Shown: positions 28,813-37,338 of the stretch, one piece after another
Layout: the number at the start of each line of letters is the position of its first letter
How positions within the stretch are numbered: the first letter of the stretch is position 1
NCBI GenBank assembly: GCA_041687435.1
Contig: JAWLBX010000007.1
Coordinates: forward strand, 33,108 to 97,107
Source: Alphaproteobacteria bacterium
Lineage (GTDB): Bacteria; Pseudomonadota; Alphaproteobacteria; Bin95
Direction: 5' to 3'
Length of the DNA: 64,000 nt
The notes under the pieces: model-generated
Seen by the model: the letters and a program-made list of their open reading frames with translations, nothing else
What the model was told of the DNA's origin: nothing
The model's database searches: none
Made by a program: the position numbers and the translations under genes

Positions 28813-29972
28813 CACAGCCACCAATACACGAAGATCGTGCCGTAAACATCCAGTACATCTGGAAAAGTTGGCTCGCGGACGATAACAAAGCTGAGCCAGA
28901 CAAAATGTACGGTCAGAAGAATACAGAAAGCATCCCGGAATGGCCGTAGCACCGGGTTCCGGATGGCAATGCCGCGCCGGTCCTGGAAATTGTTCACGGC
29001 CGCCCAAATCATGGTCGCAACGCCGTGAACGGCACCCCAGACTAGATAACGCCAACTCAATTCGTGCCAGACGCCAATAAATACCATAGTGCCAAAAATC
29101 GCGGCATACTGGTTTCGGGACATTGCAAAAACCAGCGAGAACACATGCTCACGGGCAAAACTGGTCAGTGAAATATGCCAGTTGCGCCAGAATTCGGAGA
29201 TGTTCTTGGCGAGGTAAGGCCAGTTGAAATTCTCCATAACCCTGTAGCCCAGCAGCAGCGCAAAGCCAATGGCCACGTCGGAAAAGCCTGAAAACTGGAA
29301 ATAAAGATTCAGGCCACGGATGACCACATCCAGATAGGTGGCGAGCGCCGCATTGGTTTCGTGTAATGCCGCCACATGCGACGCCAACACTCCTTCGATC
29401 AGGTAATTGCCCAGGATCACGATCTTGGCGTAGCCATAGAGAATGCGCTGTAATCCGAGTGAAATATTGCTGGCATCCCAGCGCTTGTATTTCAAGTCGT
29501 TAAAGAACGCCGGAAAACGATGGATTGGCCCGACGACAATCGTTGGCAGAAAGAATTGATAAAGAAAGAAATCTTTAAGGCGATGCGTCTCTAGCGTACC
29601 CTTGTACCGGTCAATGATATAACTCAGGAAGCGGATGGCATAATATGCCATTCCCAAAGGCATGACGAAATCACGAACAACCCCGGGCTCCATATCCATG
29701 CTGGGCAACATTGCTTTGAAGCCGAGCAGTATTGCAATGACCAGTCCGCCCGCCGCCATGGCCCGCCATCCGGCCAACGGATTGGCATTGCACAAGAAAT
29801 AGACGGCTACGGTCAATCCGGTCAGCGACACGGCCGATATGGGCGAGTACAGCGCCAGAAAGCCCAGCGTGATGACGCCCAGAAACACGTCCCGCCACGC
29901 CTTGGGCAGGATCCAGTAGACCGAAACCACGCCAAACAACCAGCCCAGCCATTCCACGGACAGAAAATGCAC
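28812..29972 (-). CDS. MBOAT-family membrane O-acyltransferase (DltB/AlgI-like)
   Basis: 386 aa and polytopic. Contains FWRNWHISLTSFAREHVF and GVWHELSWRYLVWGAVHG, the MBOAT conserved-His regions. GTG start 29972 is preceded by GGAGGG. Confidence 0.9.
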   Translation of the reverse strand: MHFLSVEWLGWLFGVVSVYWILPKAWRDVFLGVITLGFLALYSPISAVSLTGLTVAVYFLCNANPLAGWRAMAAGGLVIAILLGFKAMLPSMDMEPGVVRDFVMPLGMAYYAIRFLSYIIDRYKGTLETHRLKDFFLYQFFLPTIVVGPIHRFPAFFNDLKYKRWDASNISLGLQRILYGYAKIVILGNYLIEGVLASHVAALHETNAALATYLDVVIRGLNLYFQFSGFSDVAIGFALLLGYRVMENFNWPYLAKNISEFWRNWHISLTSFAREHVFSLVFAMSRNQYAAIFGTMVFIGVWHELSWRYLVWGAVHGVATMIWAAVNNFQDRRGIAIRNPVLRPFRDAFCILLTVHFVWLSFVIVREPTFPDVLDVYGTIFVYWWL

Positions 29973-30038
29973 GCTATCCCTCCGTCCGCCATTCGCGTGG
30001 CAGGCTTGTTATCAAATGCCAGCGGCAGCTGACCGCCA

Positions 30039-30167
30039 TTAGATCGCCAAGCCCGGCAGGCTGATCCCCGCTAGCCACAGGCCGACGACCGCCACCCCAA
30101 CACCGCCTATCAGAAAGACGGTGAGGAACCATACGATCAGCGGTGGCGCCTGCGGTGGTTTCTTCAT
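30039..30167 (-). CDS. 42-aa single-TM microprotein between the adenylase-carrier and MBOAT genes
   Basis: I translated this by hand: MKKPPQAPPLIVWFLTVFLIGGVGVAVVGLWLAGISLPGLAI, ending in TAA. It is not in the ORF track because it is under 60 aa. The Shine-Dalgarno sequence is weak (GGA). Confidence 0.4.
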   Translation of the reverse strand: MKKPPQAPPLIVWFLTVFLIGGVGVAVVGLWLAGISLPGLAI

Positions 30168-30204
30168 CGCTGGTATTCCATCAATTTCGCCCATACAGAC
30201 AACA

Positions 30205-32064
30205 TCAGCCAGCCGGCTTCATCTTCCGCTCGACCAGATCGACAACATCACTGATTTTGCTGACATTCATGATCTCGCGTGGCCGCAGCTTGATGGAGAA
30301 ACGTTCTTCGACGGCGGTCAGAAACTCGATATGCGCCAGCGACGTCCAGCCCGATAAAGTATCGGGATTGGATTGCAGCGTGACAGTCTCCGCCGGACAT
30401 TTGAAAAACTCGGCGGCCACCTGCGCGACACCGCTCAGAATATCCGAATTGTCGTTTGCCTGCGCGGAACTGGCATGAGCGTTCCGGAGTTCTTCCCGCA
30501 CCGCCTCGATCAAAACCTTGCCGGCCGGGCCGCGTGGCAGTTCGGTCATAAAATGGACGGTTCCGGGAATTTTCTCCCGCGCCAACCGCTCTGCACAGTG
30601 CGCGGCCACGTCGGCGACCGTGAGTGAGGGACCGTCAGGCACCTCTAGGCAACACGCAAGGCGCTCGCCCCAGATTGGGTCTGGCATGCCAAAGGTCACG
30701 GCATCCTGCACGCCGGGGATGGTGCGCAGGACGGACGTTACATCTTCCGGATAGACGTTGATGCCGCCGACAATGATGACATTCTTCTTGCGCCCGACGA
30801 TCCGGTAGAAGCCGTCTTCGTCTAACGACGCCAGATCGCCGGTGTGGAACCAACCGTTTTTCAGCACCTCCGCCGTTTCCACCGGGGCGCGGAAATAGCC
30901 GCGCATGACATGGGCGCCGCGCAGAACCAACTCGCCAACACTGCCTTGCGCAATGTCGTTGCCCTCATCATCGACAATGCGGGCCTCGCAGTCGATTGGC
31001 TTGCCGACGGTGCCGATCTTCCGGGTTTCCGGCGTTGGCCCACAATACAGCGCCTCGCAAACCGTTTCCGTCAGGCCATAAACGTTGACGACCTGCACGC
31101 CGTAGCCGTTTTCGATCCGCTCCCAAATGGCGGGGTCGAGGAAGGCTGCGGTCGAGATGATGAATTTGAAATCACCCGTGCGCAGGCAACCCCCGCACTC
31201 ATCGACCAGATTCCCCATCAGGCCGAGAATGGTCGGCACCGTGATAAAATGGGTAATTTCCAGCGTGTAGATGCTGCGAAGGACCGGCTCCAGCGTATCG
31301 ACACGCAACGGCTGCGGTCTGTGCAATGTAGCACCGGCACAGAATGCCAGCACCGCGCCGTGGGTCAGACCGTCCGTGTGGTGCATCGGCAACAGGTTGA
31401 GCAAGTTTACCTTCTCATCGAAACCGTAGTGCCGCACGAAGGTCTGTTCCTGAGCGAACAAATTCTTGTGCGTGATCTCGACACCTTTCGGCCGCGATGT
31501 CGTGCCGGAGGTGAACAGGATATATGCCAGCGCATCGTCGGTCAGGTCGCCAGGCAACTGCCCCTCTTCCAAACCGGAAAGGCATGCGGGGTAGGTCTCC
31601 GCCGCCGGGGCGCTTTGACGGCGGAAAAGACGTCCGATCCCCGCCTTGCTTTGCGTTTCCGTAGTGCCGCCATCGATGCGAACCGCCACATTCGGTGCAC
31701 CATCCGACTGATCCAGCGCATGCCGGGACAGGTAGGATGCATCCGCGAACAGCCCCTGTGCATCGGACGCACGCATCAGCGATTCGGCTTCCGATAACGG
31801 CGCGTGCGGGTCCAATACGATGGTGGTTAAGCCGAGGCGCAGGAACGACAGAAAGAGCATGATCAGCGAGCGATCATCCTCCGTGATCACAATCACTCTG
31901 TCGCCAGCCTTCAGGCCCAAATTGGAACACAGGGTCGCCGTTTTCCGCACGCCGGCGAAAAGCTCAGCATAGGCCAGTGGCCGCGGGCCCGCCAGCAGGG
32001 GCTTGCGGCGTGGCGTGGCCTGCTCAAGCCGCTCGAACGCGGCAATCCAAGGAGAAAGAGCCAT
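30205..32064 (-). CDS. Adenylate-forming ligase fused to a C-terminal acyl/aminoacyl carrier domain (DltA-DltC-like fusion)
   Basis: Adenylation core motifs: LFTSGTTSRPKG (A3), YGLTE (A5), GELVLRG (A6), WFHTGDLA (A7), GRKKNVIIVGGINVYPEDV (A8) and PRGPAGKV (A10). The C-terminal ~80 aa form a carrier domain with LSGWTSLAHIEFLTAVEERF, where Ser is at the phosphopantetheine position. Confidence 0.9.
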   Translation of the reverse strand: MALSPWIAAFERLEQATPRRKPLLAGPRPLAYAELFAGVRKTATLCSNLGLKAGDRVIVITEDDRSLIMLFLSFLRLGLTTIVLDPHAPLSEAESLMRASDAQGLFADASYLSRHALDQSDGAPNVAVRIDGGTTETQSKAGIGRLFRRQSAPAAETYPACLSGLEEGQLPGDLTDDALAYILFTSGTTSRPKGVEITHKNLFAQEQTFVRHYGFDEKVNLLNLLPMHHTDGLTHGAVLAFCAGATLHRPQPLRVDTLEPVLRSIYTLEITHFITVPTILGLMGNLVDECGGCLRTGDFKFIISTAAFLDPAIWERIENGYGVQVVNVYGLTETVCEALYCGPTPETRKIGTVGKPIDCEARIVDDEGNDIAQGSVGELVLRGAHVMRGYFRAPVETAEVLKNGWFHTGDLASLDEDGFYRIVGRKKNVIIVGGINVYPEDVTSVLRTIPGVQDAVTFGMPDPIWGERLACCLEVPDGPSLTVADVAAHCAERLAREKIPGTVHFMTELPRGPAGKVLIEAVREELRNAHASSAQANDNSDILSGVAQVAAEFFKCPAETVTLQSNPDTLSGWTSLAHIEFLTAVEERFSIKLRPREIMNVSKISDVVDLVERKMKPAG

Positions 32065-32088
32065 GGTGATTGCGTCGCCTTTATTGGA

Positions 32089-33180
32089 TTAGCCACAAGC
32101 GGCGCCGAACTTCGACCCGTTGCTCTCGATCACATCGGCAAGCCGGTCGCCGATGGCGGCGCCATAGGCAGCAGCGCCTTCAGGGGCAAAATGGTTGGAG
32201 TCGGCGAAGTAGGATGGTTTCGGCAGGATCAACTCCCACCACCGGATGACCGGAGTTTGATAGGTCTGACCGAACTCGGTCAACGCGGCATCGAAGCGCT
32301 GACGGGTATCGATGAGTCCTTCATACGACATGTAGGGCATGAAAAAGACATCGGTTTTTGCAGCCTCTTCAAACAAACGCGGGTCCAGTCCATCCCGCAG
32401 CCAGCCGGGGATGGACATGACGACCGGCAGGGCGCCCGCACCGATCACAACATCCCGCATCGCAGTCAGTTCGGCCGTATAGTCAGCGGTCAGGTCATAG
32501 CGACTGGCATCCAGCTTTCCGGCATTCGAATGGGCAGCGCGTTGCCGGCGAATGACCTCTGCATTCATTTCCAACTTGGCCCAAAAGCGGGAAACTTCCG
32601 CCAGCATTGACGGGGAATAGTGCGGGTCTCGGTGCAAGTTTGCGGCAATCGCCAAGTCGTCCAGCCGCGCGTTGAACCCGCCCGCCCATACAACGACAAG
32701 ATCGGGTTCAGTCTTCGCGACGTTGTGCTCGAAATAGGTGGTGGTTTGCGGCAGGCTGAACCCGGGAACGCCGGCGTTTAAAAAATCGAAACGGCAGTTC
32801 GGCAGGCGGTCCCTGGCGGCCGACATGGCCTGCGCCACCCAGGTCTCGCTATCGTCGGTTACGTAAGGATCCAGCGTGCTGGAGGTGCCAATAAACGCCA
32901 CCCGGATGCGCCCGGGCGGCTTGGGCATGTCCAATTCCTCACCCCGGAATCCTAAGCTGTTGAATTGCAACTTCCCAAAAGCCGCATTTGGCCGGGGAAT
33001 GCGCAAGTCGGTTTCCGGATCGATGAAAAAGGTCTCGGACTTTTCCACATCGGCCTGACCGCCGAATTGTCGCCATTGCTGCAGGAACAGTGCGACCTCA
33101 CCGGCAAGAACCCAGCCAAAAGCCAGAGCGGCAATGACCAGACCAGTCAGAATTTCCTTTTGCCGCAGGGTTAAAATCAA
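32089..33180 (-). CDS. Membrane-anchored SGNH/GDSL-type hydrolase/acyltransferase (DltD/AlgJ/PatB-like role)
   Basis: N-terminal TM (LTGLVIAALAFGWVLAGEVALFL). SGNH block I is VAFIGTSST, block III-like is LNAGVPG, and block V is FADSNHF (DxxH). TTG start at 33180. Confidence 0.75.
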   Translation of the reverse strand: MILTLRQKEILTGLVIAALAFGWVLAGEVALFLQQWRQFGGQADVEKSETFFIDPETDLRIPRPNAAFGKLQFNSLGFRGEELDMPKPPGRIRVAFIGTSSTLDPYVTDDSETWVAQAMSAARDRLPNCRFDFLNAGVPGFSLPQTTTYFEHNVAKTEPDLVVVWAGGFNARLDDLAIAANLHRDPHYSPSMLAEVSRFWAKLEMNAEVIRRQRAAHSNAGKLDASRYDLTADYTAELTAMRDVVIGAGALPVVMSIPGWLRDGLDPRLFEEAAKTDVFFMPYMSYEGLIDTRQRFDAALTEFGQTYQTPVIRWWELILPKPSYFADSNHFAPEGAAAYGAAIGDRLADVIESNGSKFGAACG

Positions 33181-33479
33181 CGCTCTTTCCCCAATTTCGA
33201 ACGAATTTTCGTTAAGGGACTATTCATAATCGAACGCCTGTTTGCGAGCCCGGCTTCATCGGGACGTGCCAGACGCCGACACTGGCGGTGACCGGATACA
33301 ATCCTGAACTAACCTAAAAACTTTACATTTTCCGACCAAAACGCGCAAGCTGCTGAACTTGCTACCGGAAGCCGCGATCTCTCGGAATGGGCACGGCAAG
33401 CCGGAGCGCGTCCGATCGGGCGCTGAAGCGCGGACCCGCTTCGGGTATTTGCCGAGCGAGGCAGCGATTTGATAGAGGA

Positions 33480-33650
33480 ATCGAGGTGCAAAAAATAATT
33501 AAGGCAAATTATTGCTTTTTCCAATTTATACTTTGAATATTTATATTACTATTACAGATTATGAACAAAAAAAACTCTATTACTACAAATAAAATTCCGT
33601 TTTATCCTAAAATTCCCGTTGATATTTGCGACGCCGCAGTGATCGATCGT
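33480..33650. promoter_or_regulatory. Extremely AT-rich divergent control region between the Dlt-like operon and the NRPS-like operon
   Basis: This is the most AT-rich stretch in the window. It contains direct repeats TAAAATTCC (33590-33598 and 33608-33616) and TATTACTA (33544-33551 and 33578-33585). Confidence 0.5.
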
Positions 33651-33717
33651 CTTGCGCCCCCGCTCAAAAGGATGCACTAAAAGCCATGAACAAGCTTTCT
33701 GCCGGGAGACTGACAAA

Positions 33718-35526
33718 ATGTTGAATTCGGCTTCGACATTTTGCGCATGGATGGAACGCCACGCGACCGAACACCCGGATAGGGTAGCAATCGCGTCACT
33801 CGATCAACCGCCGCTTACTTATCGTGAGCTTTTCGCTGCTGCACAAGATTTACGCAAAGAGTTGCTGGCTGCGGGCGTGGGTGCGGATCAGCGTGTTGCG
33901 CTGGTCGTTCCTGATGGCGTGCAAATGCTGTATGGCATGATCGCAGTTGGCGCCACGACCCAGACTATTCTGACACCTGCCACCATGGCAGAAAATGAAT
34001 TTGCGGAGTTGTTACGGCGCGCATCCTGCGACTTGGCCATTATTCACGAAGCCTCACCAGAGAATTTCCGCCGTGCGGCGGCCAATTGCGGAACCCCGAT
34101 CTGGACCGTGCGTCACGCGCCGGATGCGCCGGCGGGACTTTGGCGCATTGTGGATGCCGAAAAGGCCCGTTCTGGCGCGCCGCCGCGAATCCCGGATGTC
34201 GATGACGTCGCCATCATCCTGAGTTCGTCCGGCACCACCGGGCAGGCGAAGATCGTGCCCCGTACCCATCGCAATGTCTGTCACTTTAGCGACGCAATCA
34301 TCAAGGACCTCAACCTAACGCCGGACGATATTACCATCATTGCCACCCCCAACCATCTGAGCATGGGAAGCCAGGCTACAGGGCTGTTGAGCCTGCGTAT
34401 GGGCGGGCTGGTGGTCTGCAACGATGGACCTTACGAACCAGCGAACTATCTGGCCCTATTTGAACGCTACAAACCCACCTTCATAACGGCCAGCCCCGTC
34501 TATTTCCGCAGCATCCTGGCAACCATCGACGCCAAGACGCCGCCCGTCGACGTTTCCTCAGTGCGGGCAATCCGAGCCAGTTCCGACCTGATGCCCGACG
34601 ACATCCGGCATGCGCTCGAGCAGAAATTCGGTGTCTCGGTCGACTCCAGCTATTCCTCCAGCGAGGCTTTGAGCATCGCAGTGCGCACCAGCGCCGATAA
34701 CGACCGCCCGCCAACCTATCTGGGCCGCATCACATCGGGTTCTGTCCGCATTCTGGACGATAATGGAAACCAGGTGCCCCAGGGCGAGGTGGGCGAAATT
34801 GCCGTTTCAGACCCCGCGGTGTCACCCTACTATATCGATGATGAGGAACTGACCGCTCGCGCCTTCAAGGATGGCTGCTATCGCATGGGCGATCTGGGCT
34901 TTATCGATGCCGAGGGCGGATTGCACTTCGTCAGCCGCAAGGCCGACATCATCAACCGCGGAGGCTACAAGATCGCGCCGAGCGAGGTGGAGCGCGCGCT
35001 GAGCGATCACCCAGCGATCGCGCAGTGCAGCGTTTTCGGAGTACCGCACCGCCGCCTGGGCGAGGATATCGCCGTGGCGGTCGTGCCGAAGCTGGGCCAG
35101 ACGCTAGACGAGGCGATGATGCGGCAACATCTGGCAAGCCGGCTTGGTCCCGGCAAGTGGCCGCGGCGCCTGTTTTTGGTCGACGACCTACCTCGCAATA
35201 CCGTCGGCAAGGTTTTGCGGCGCGAATTGACGGCAAGGTTTTGCGGCGAGGCTGCCCAAGAGGCTGCCAGCACTGGCCCGGCCGCCTGGACCTCGCCCGA
35301 AGTCTCCTTGGTTATTGGCCTGTGGTCCTACATTTTGGAGGTTCCCACAGTCGGCGCAGATACCAGTTTCATCGAGGCCGGCGGCGATTCACTCCAGGCC
35401 GGCATTCTTCAGGCAGAAACATCGGCATGGTTCGATTTGAAGCTGGAGCCGGACTTCATTCTTTCGCCAGACTGCACACCGCGCGCGATTGCCGAGCGGC
35501 TGCAGGCGAGCAACGCATCTGCTTGA
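33718..35526 (+). CDS. NRPS-like adenylation-thiolation (A-T) didomain protein
   Basis: Adenylation motifs: ILSSSGTTGQAKIV (A3), YRMGDLG (A7), SRKADIINRGGYKIAPSEVE (A8) and PRNTVGKVLR (A10). The C-terminal PCP has FIEAGGDSLQAG. ATG 33718 (MLNSASTF) follows GGGAGA. Confidence 0.9.
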   Translation: MLNSASTFCAWMERHATEHPDRVAIASLDQPPLTYRELFAAAQDLRKELLAAGVGADQRVALVVPDGVQMLYGMIAVGATTQTILTPATMAENEFAELLRRASCDLAIIHEASPENFRRAAANCGTPIWTVRHAPDAPAGLWRIVDAEKARSGAPPRIPDVDDVAIILSSSGTTGQAKIVPRTHRNVCHFSDAIIKDLNLTPDDITIIATPNHLSMGSQATGLLSLRMGGLVVCNDGPYEPANYLALFERYKPTFITASPVYFRSILATIDAKTPPVDVSSVRAIRASSDLMPDDIRHALEQKFGVSVDSSYSSSEALSIAVRTSADNDRPPTYLGRITSGSVRILDDNGNQVPQGEVGEIAVSDPAVSPYYIDDEELTARAFKDGCYRMGDLGFIDAEGGLHFVSRKADIINRGGYKIAPSEVERALSDHPAIAQCSVFGVPHRRLGEDIAVAVVPKLGQTLDEAMMRQHLASRLGPGKWPRRLFLVDDLPRNTVGKVLRRELTARFCGEAAQEAASTGPAAWTSPEVSLVIGLWSYILEVPTVGADTSFIEAGGDSLQAGILQAETSAWFDLKLEPDFILSPDCTPRAIAERLQASNASA

Positions 35527-35663
35527 GTTTGATCAACAAGGCCCCCGTTCTGGTATAGTAGACTACCGTTGGATTTCCGTGCTGGCGTTTGATTGCGCCG
35601 GCTAATCTCGACGATAGCGCGATCCCAAGCGCCCGCTTTGCAACCGAAAATACAGGTACGAAG

Positions 35664-37199
35664 ATGGCCGCCTCAACCAATGATAATATCCGCTGGCCCG
35701 ACCCGATTACCGCGGCCGTTGTCCACCTGTTCGCCTTCCTGCTGGAAAAGCCTGTGCCCAAGCCCGATGAAAGTTTTTCGGCGCTGGGCGGCGATGCGGC
35801 CTTGGCCGAGCGGCTGCGGCAGGCAATTGCCGGCTCGTTCAGGGTAAGCTTGCAGGAGCACGCGCTGGCTGACCTGACATTCACCCCCGCAACAATCGCC
35901 GGCGAAATCATGGCGGCGAAAGCGGTAGAAACGGAACAGTCCGGCCCCACGGTCGCCCGCACTCGGGACTGGCTGCCCGCCCTGCCCTCGCAAGCCGGCC
36001 TTTATTCCGTCGATCGCGTGACCCGCGGCGAGGCTCGGCCGACCGTTACCGGCGCCCTGATCGTAGAAGGCAACTTCGACCGCGTCCGGCTGGACGCTGC
36101 GGTTCAGCAGGCGATGATGCGTCACGACGGCCTGCGCCTGCGCTTTGAAACCCAGGACCGGCAAGTCATGATCCGGCCAGAAAAAGACGCGCCCGGTATC
36201 GAGGATTTCAGCGCATCCGCAAACTCGGAAGCCGACCTGATCCGTGCAGCCGCTAGCCATGCGGCCGAAACGCTGGACCTGGATCAGGGGCGCGGCGTCC
36301 GCTGGCTGCTGTGCGAGCAGGGCAGCGGACAACAAGCCCTTATCGTCGTGGCTCACCACGCCGTCGCCGACGCCATGTCGAAATCGTTTCTGTTACGCGA
36401 GGTTGGCGAGACTTATGCAGCGGGCGGCTCACTCAACAGCATGCCGCTTGCCCCATCCTTCATGGCCATCGCGGCGGAACGGGCTGCCATGCTGGCCAGC
36501 CCCAAGGCGGCACAGGACGAGGCCTATTGGCGGCAATACCTGAACCCGCTGCCAGGCGATCTGGCCGTTCCAGGTATGATCGAGGAAAGCGAGGGCGCGG
36601 AGTTTGAGCGCCGGGTGATTGCCTTTGATTTGGACACAGCGGCCGTCGAACGGTTGGTTGCAAATGCGGCAGCGCAATCAGCCACGCCCTTTATTGCCTT
36701 CGCCCGCGTCATGGCCCGCTGCTTTGCGGCAGAGCGGGATGGCGTTGTCTCCGTCCCGATCAGCAACCGCGACCAGCCAGGCCGGCAGAATGCCATTGGC
36801 TGCCTGATGCAGACCGTGCCCCTGCGCCTGTCCGGCCGGGACGGCGCACCCTACCCGCGGCTGCGGGAGGAGGTGTCGCAAATGCTTTCCCACTCCGCGC
36901 TGTCCGTGGAGGAATTGCTAACCCGTGGCGTCCTCGCCCGCAAAGGCCTGTTCGAGGCGCCGATTGGTGTGCAGTTCCAGCTGCGCCGCGCGGAATCTGA
37001 AGTGATTGTCGACCGGGCGGACCTGCGCCTGCGGCGGGTCGATCCGGTTCTGGGGATCAATAACCTGCTGCCATTGTCCATCGATATCAAACGCGGCGAA
37101 ACCACCACAATGTTCTGCGATTACGACCCCGGGCTGGTTGACCCGTCCGGGCTCGACTCCATGATTGCAGCTGTCAACGCAGAGCTTTCCAAGGCTTAG
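35664..37199 (+). CDS. Condensation-domain protein with N-terminal degenerate carrier-like domain
   Basis: The N-terminus is PCP-like (FSALGGDAALAERLRQAI...TPATIAGEIM) but has Ala (codon 35796-35798) where the phosphopantetheinyl Ser belongs. A C domain with HHAVADAMS (HHxxxD) follows. Confidence 0.85.
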   Translation: MAASTNDNIRWPDPITAAVVHLFAFLLEKPVPKPDESFSALGGDAALAERLRQAIAGSFRVSLQEHALADLTFTPATIAGEIMAAKAVETEQSGPTVARTRDWLPALPSQAGLYSVDRVTRGEARPTVTGALIVEGNFDRVRLDAAVQQAMMRHDGLRLRFETQDRQVMIRPEKDAPGIEDFSASANSEADLIRAAASHAAETLDLDQGRGVRWLLCEQGSGQQALIVVAHHAVADAMSKSFLLREVGETYAAGGSLNSMPLAPSFMAIAAERAAMLASPKAAQDEAYWRQYLNPLPGDLAVPGMIEESEGAEFERRVIAFDLDTAAVERLVANAAAQSATPFIAFARVMARCFAAERDGVVSVPISNRDQPGRQNAIGCLMQTVPLRLSGRDGAPYPRLREEVSQMLSHSALSVEELLTRGVLARKGLFEAPIGVQFQLRRAESEVIVDRADLRLRRVDPVLGINNLLPLSIDIKRGETTTMFCDYDPGLVDPSGLDSMIAAVNAELSKA

Positions 37200-37338
37200 A
37201 ACCCTACCGCAACAGTTGCACAAACGCCGGTGCGCCTCTCACAGCAAGACGAGGCATTCTGTCTGCCTTTCGGGAAAATACTGGACAGACCGGGTACAGA
37301 CGCGGTCGAATAGAGGACCTCCTGCTTCCGGGGCCCCT

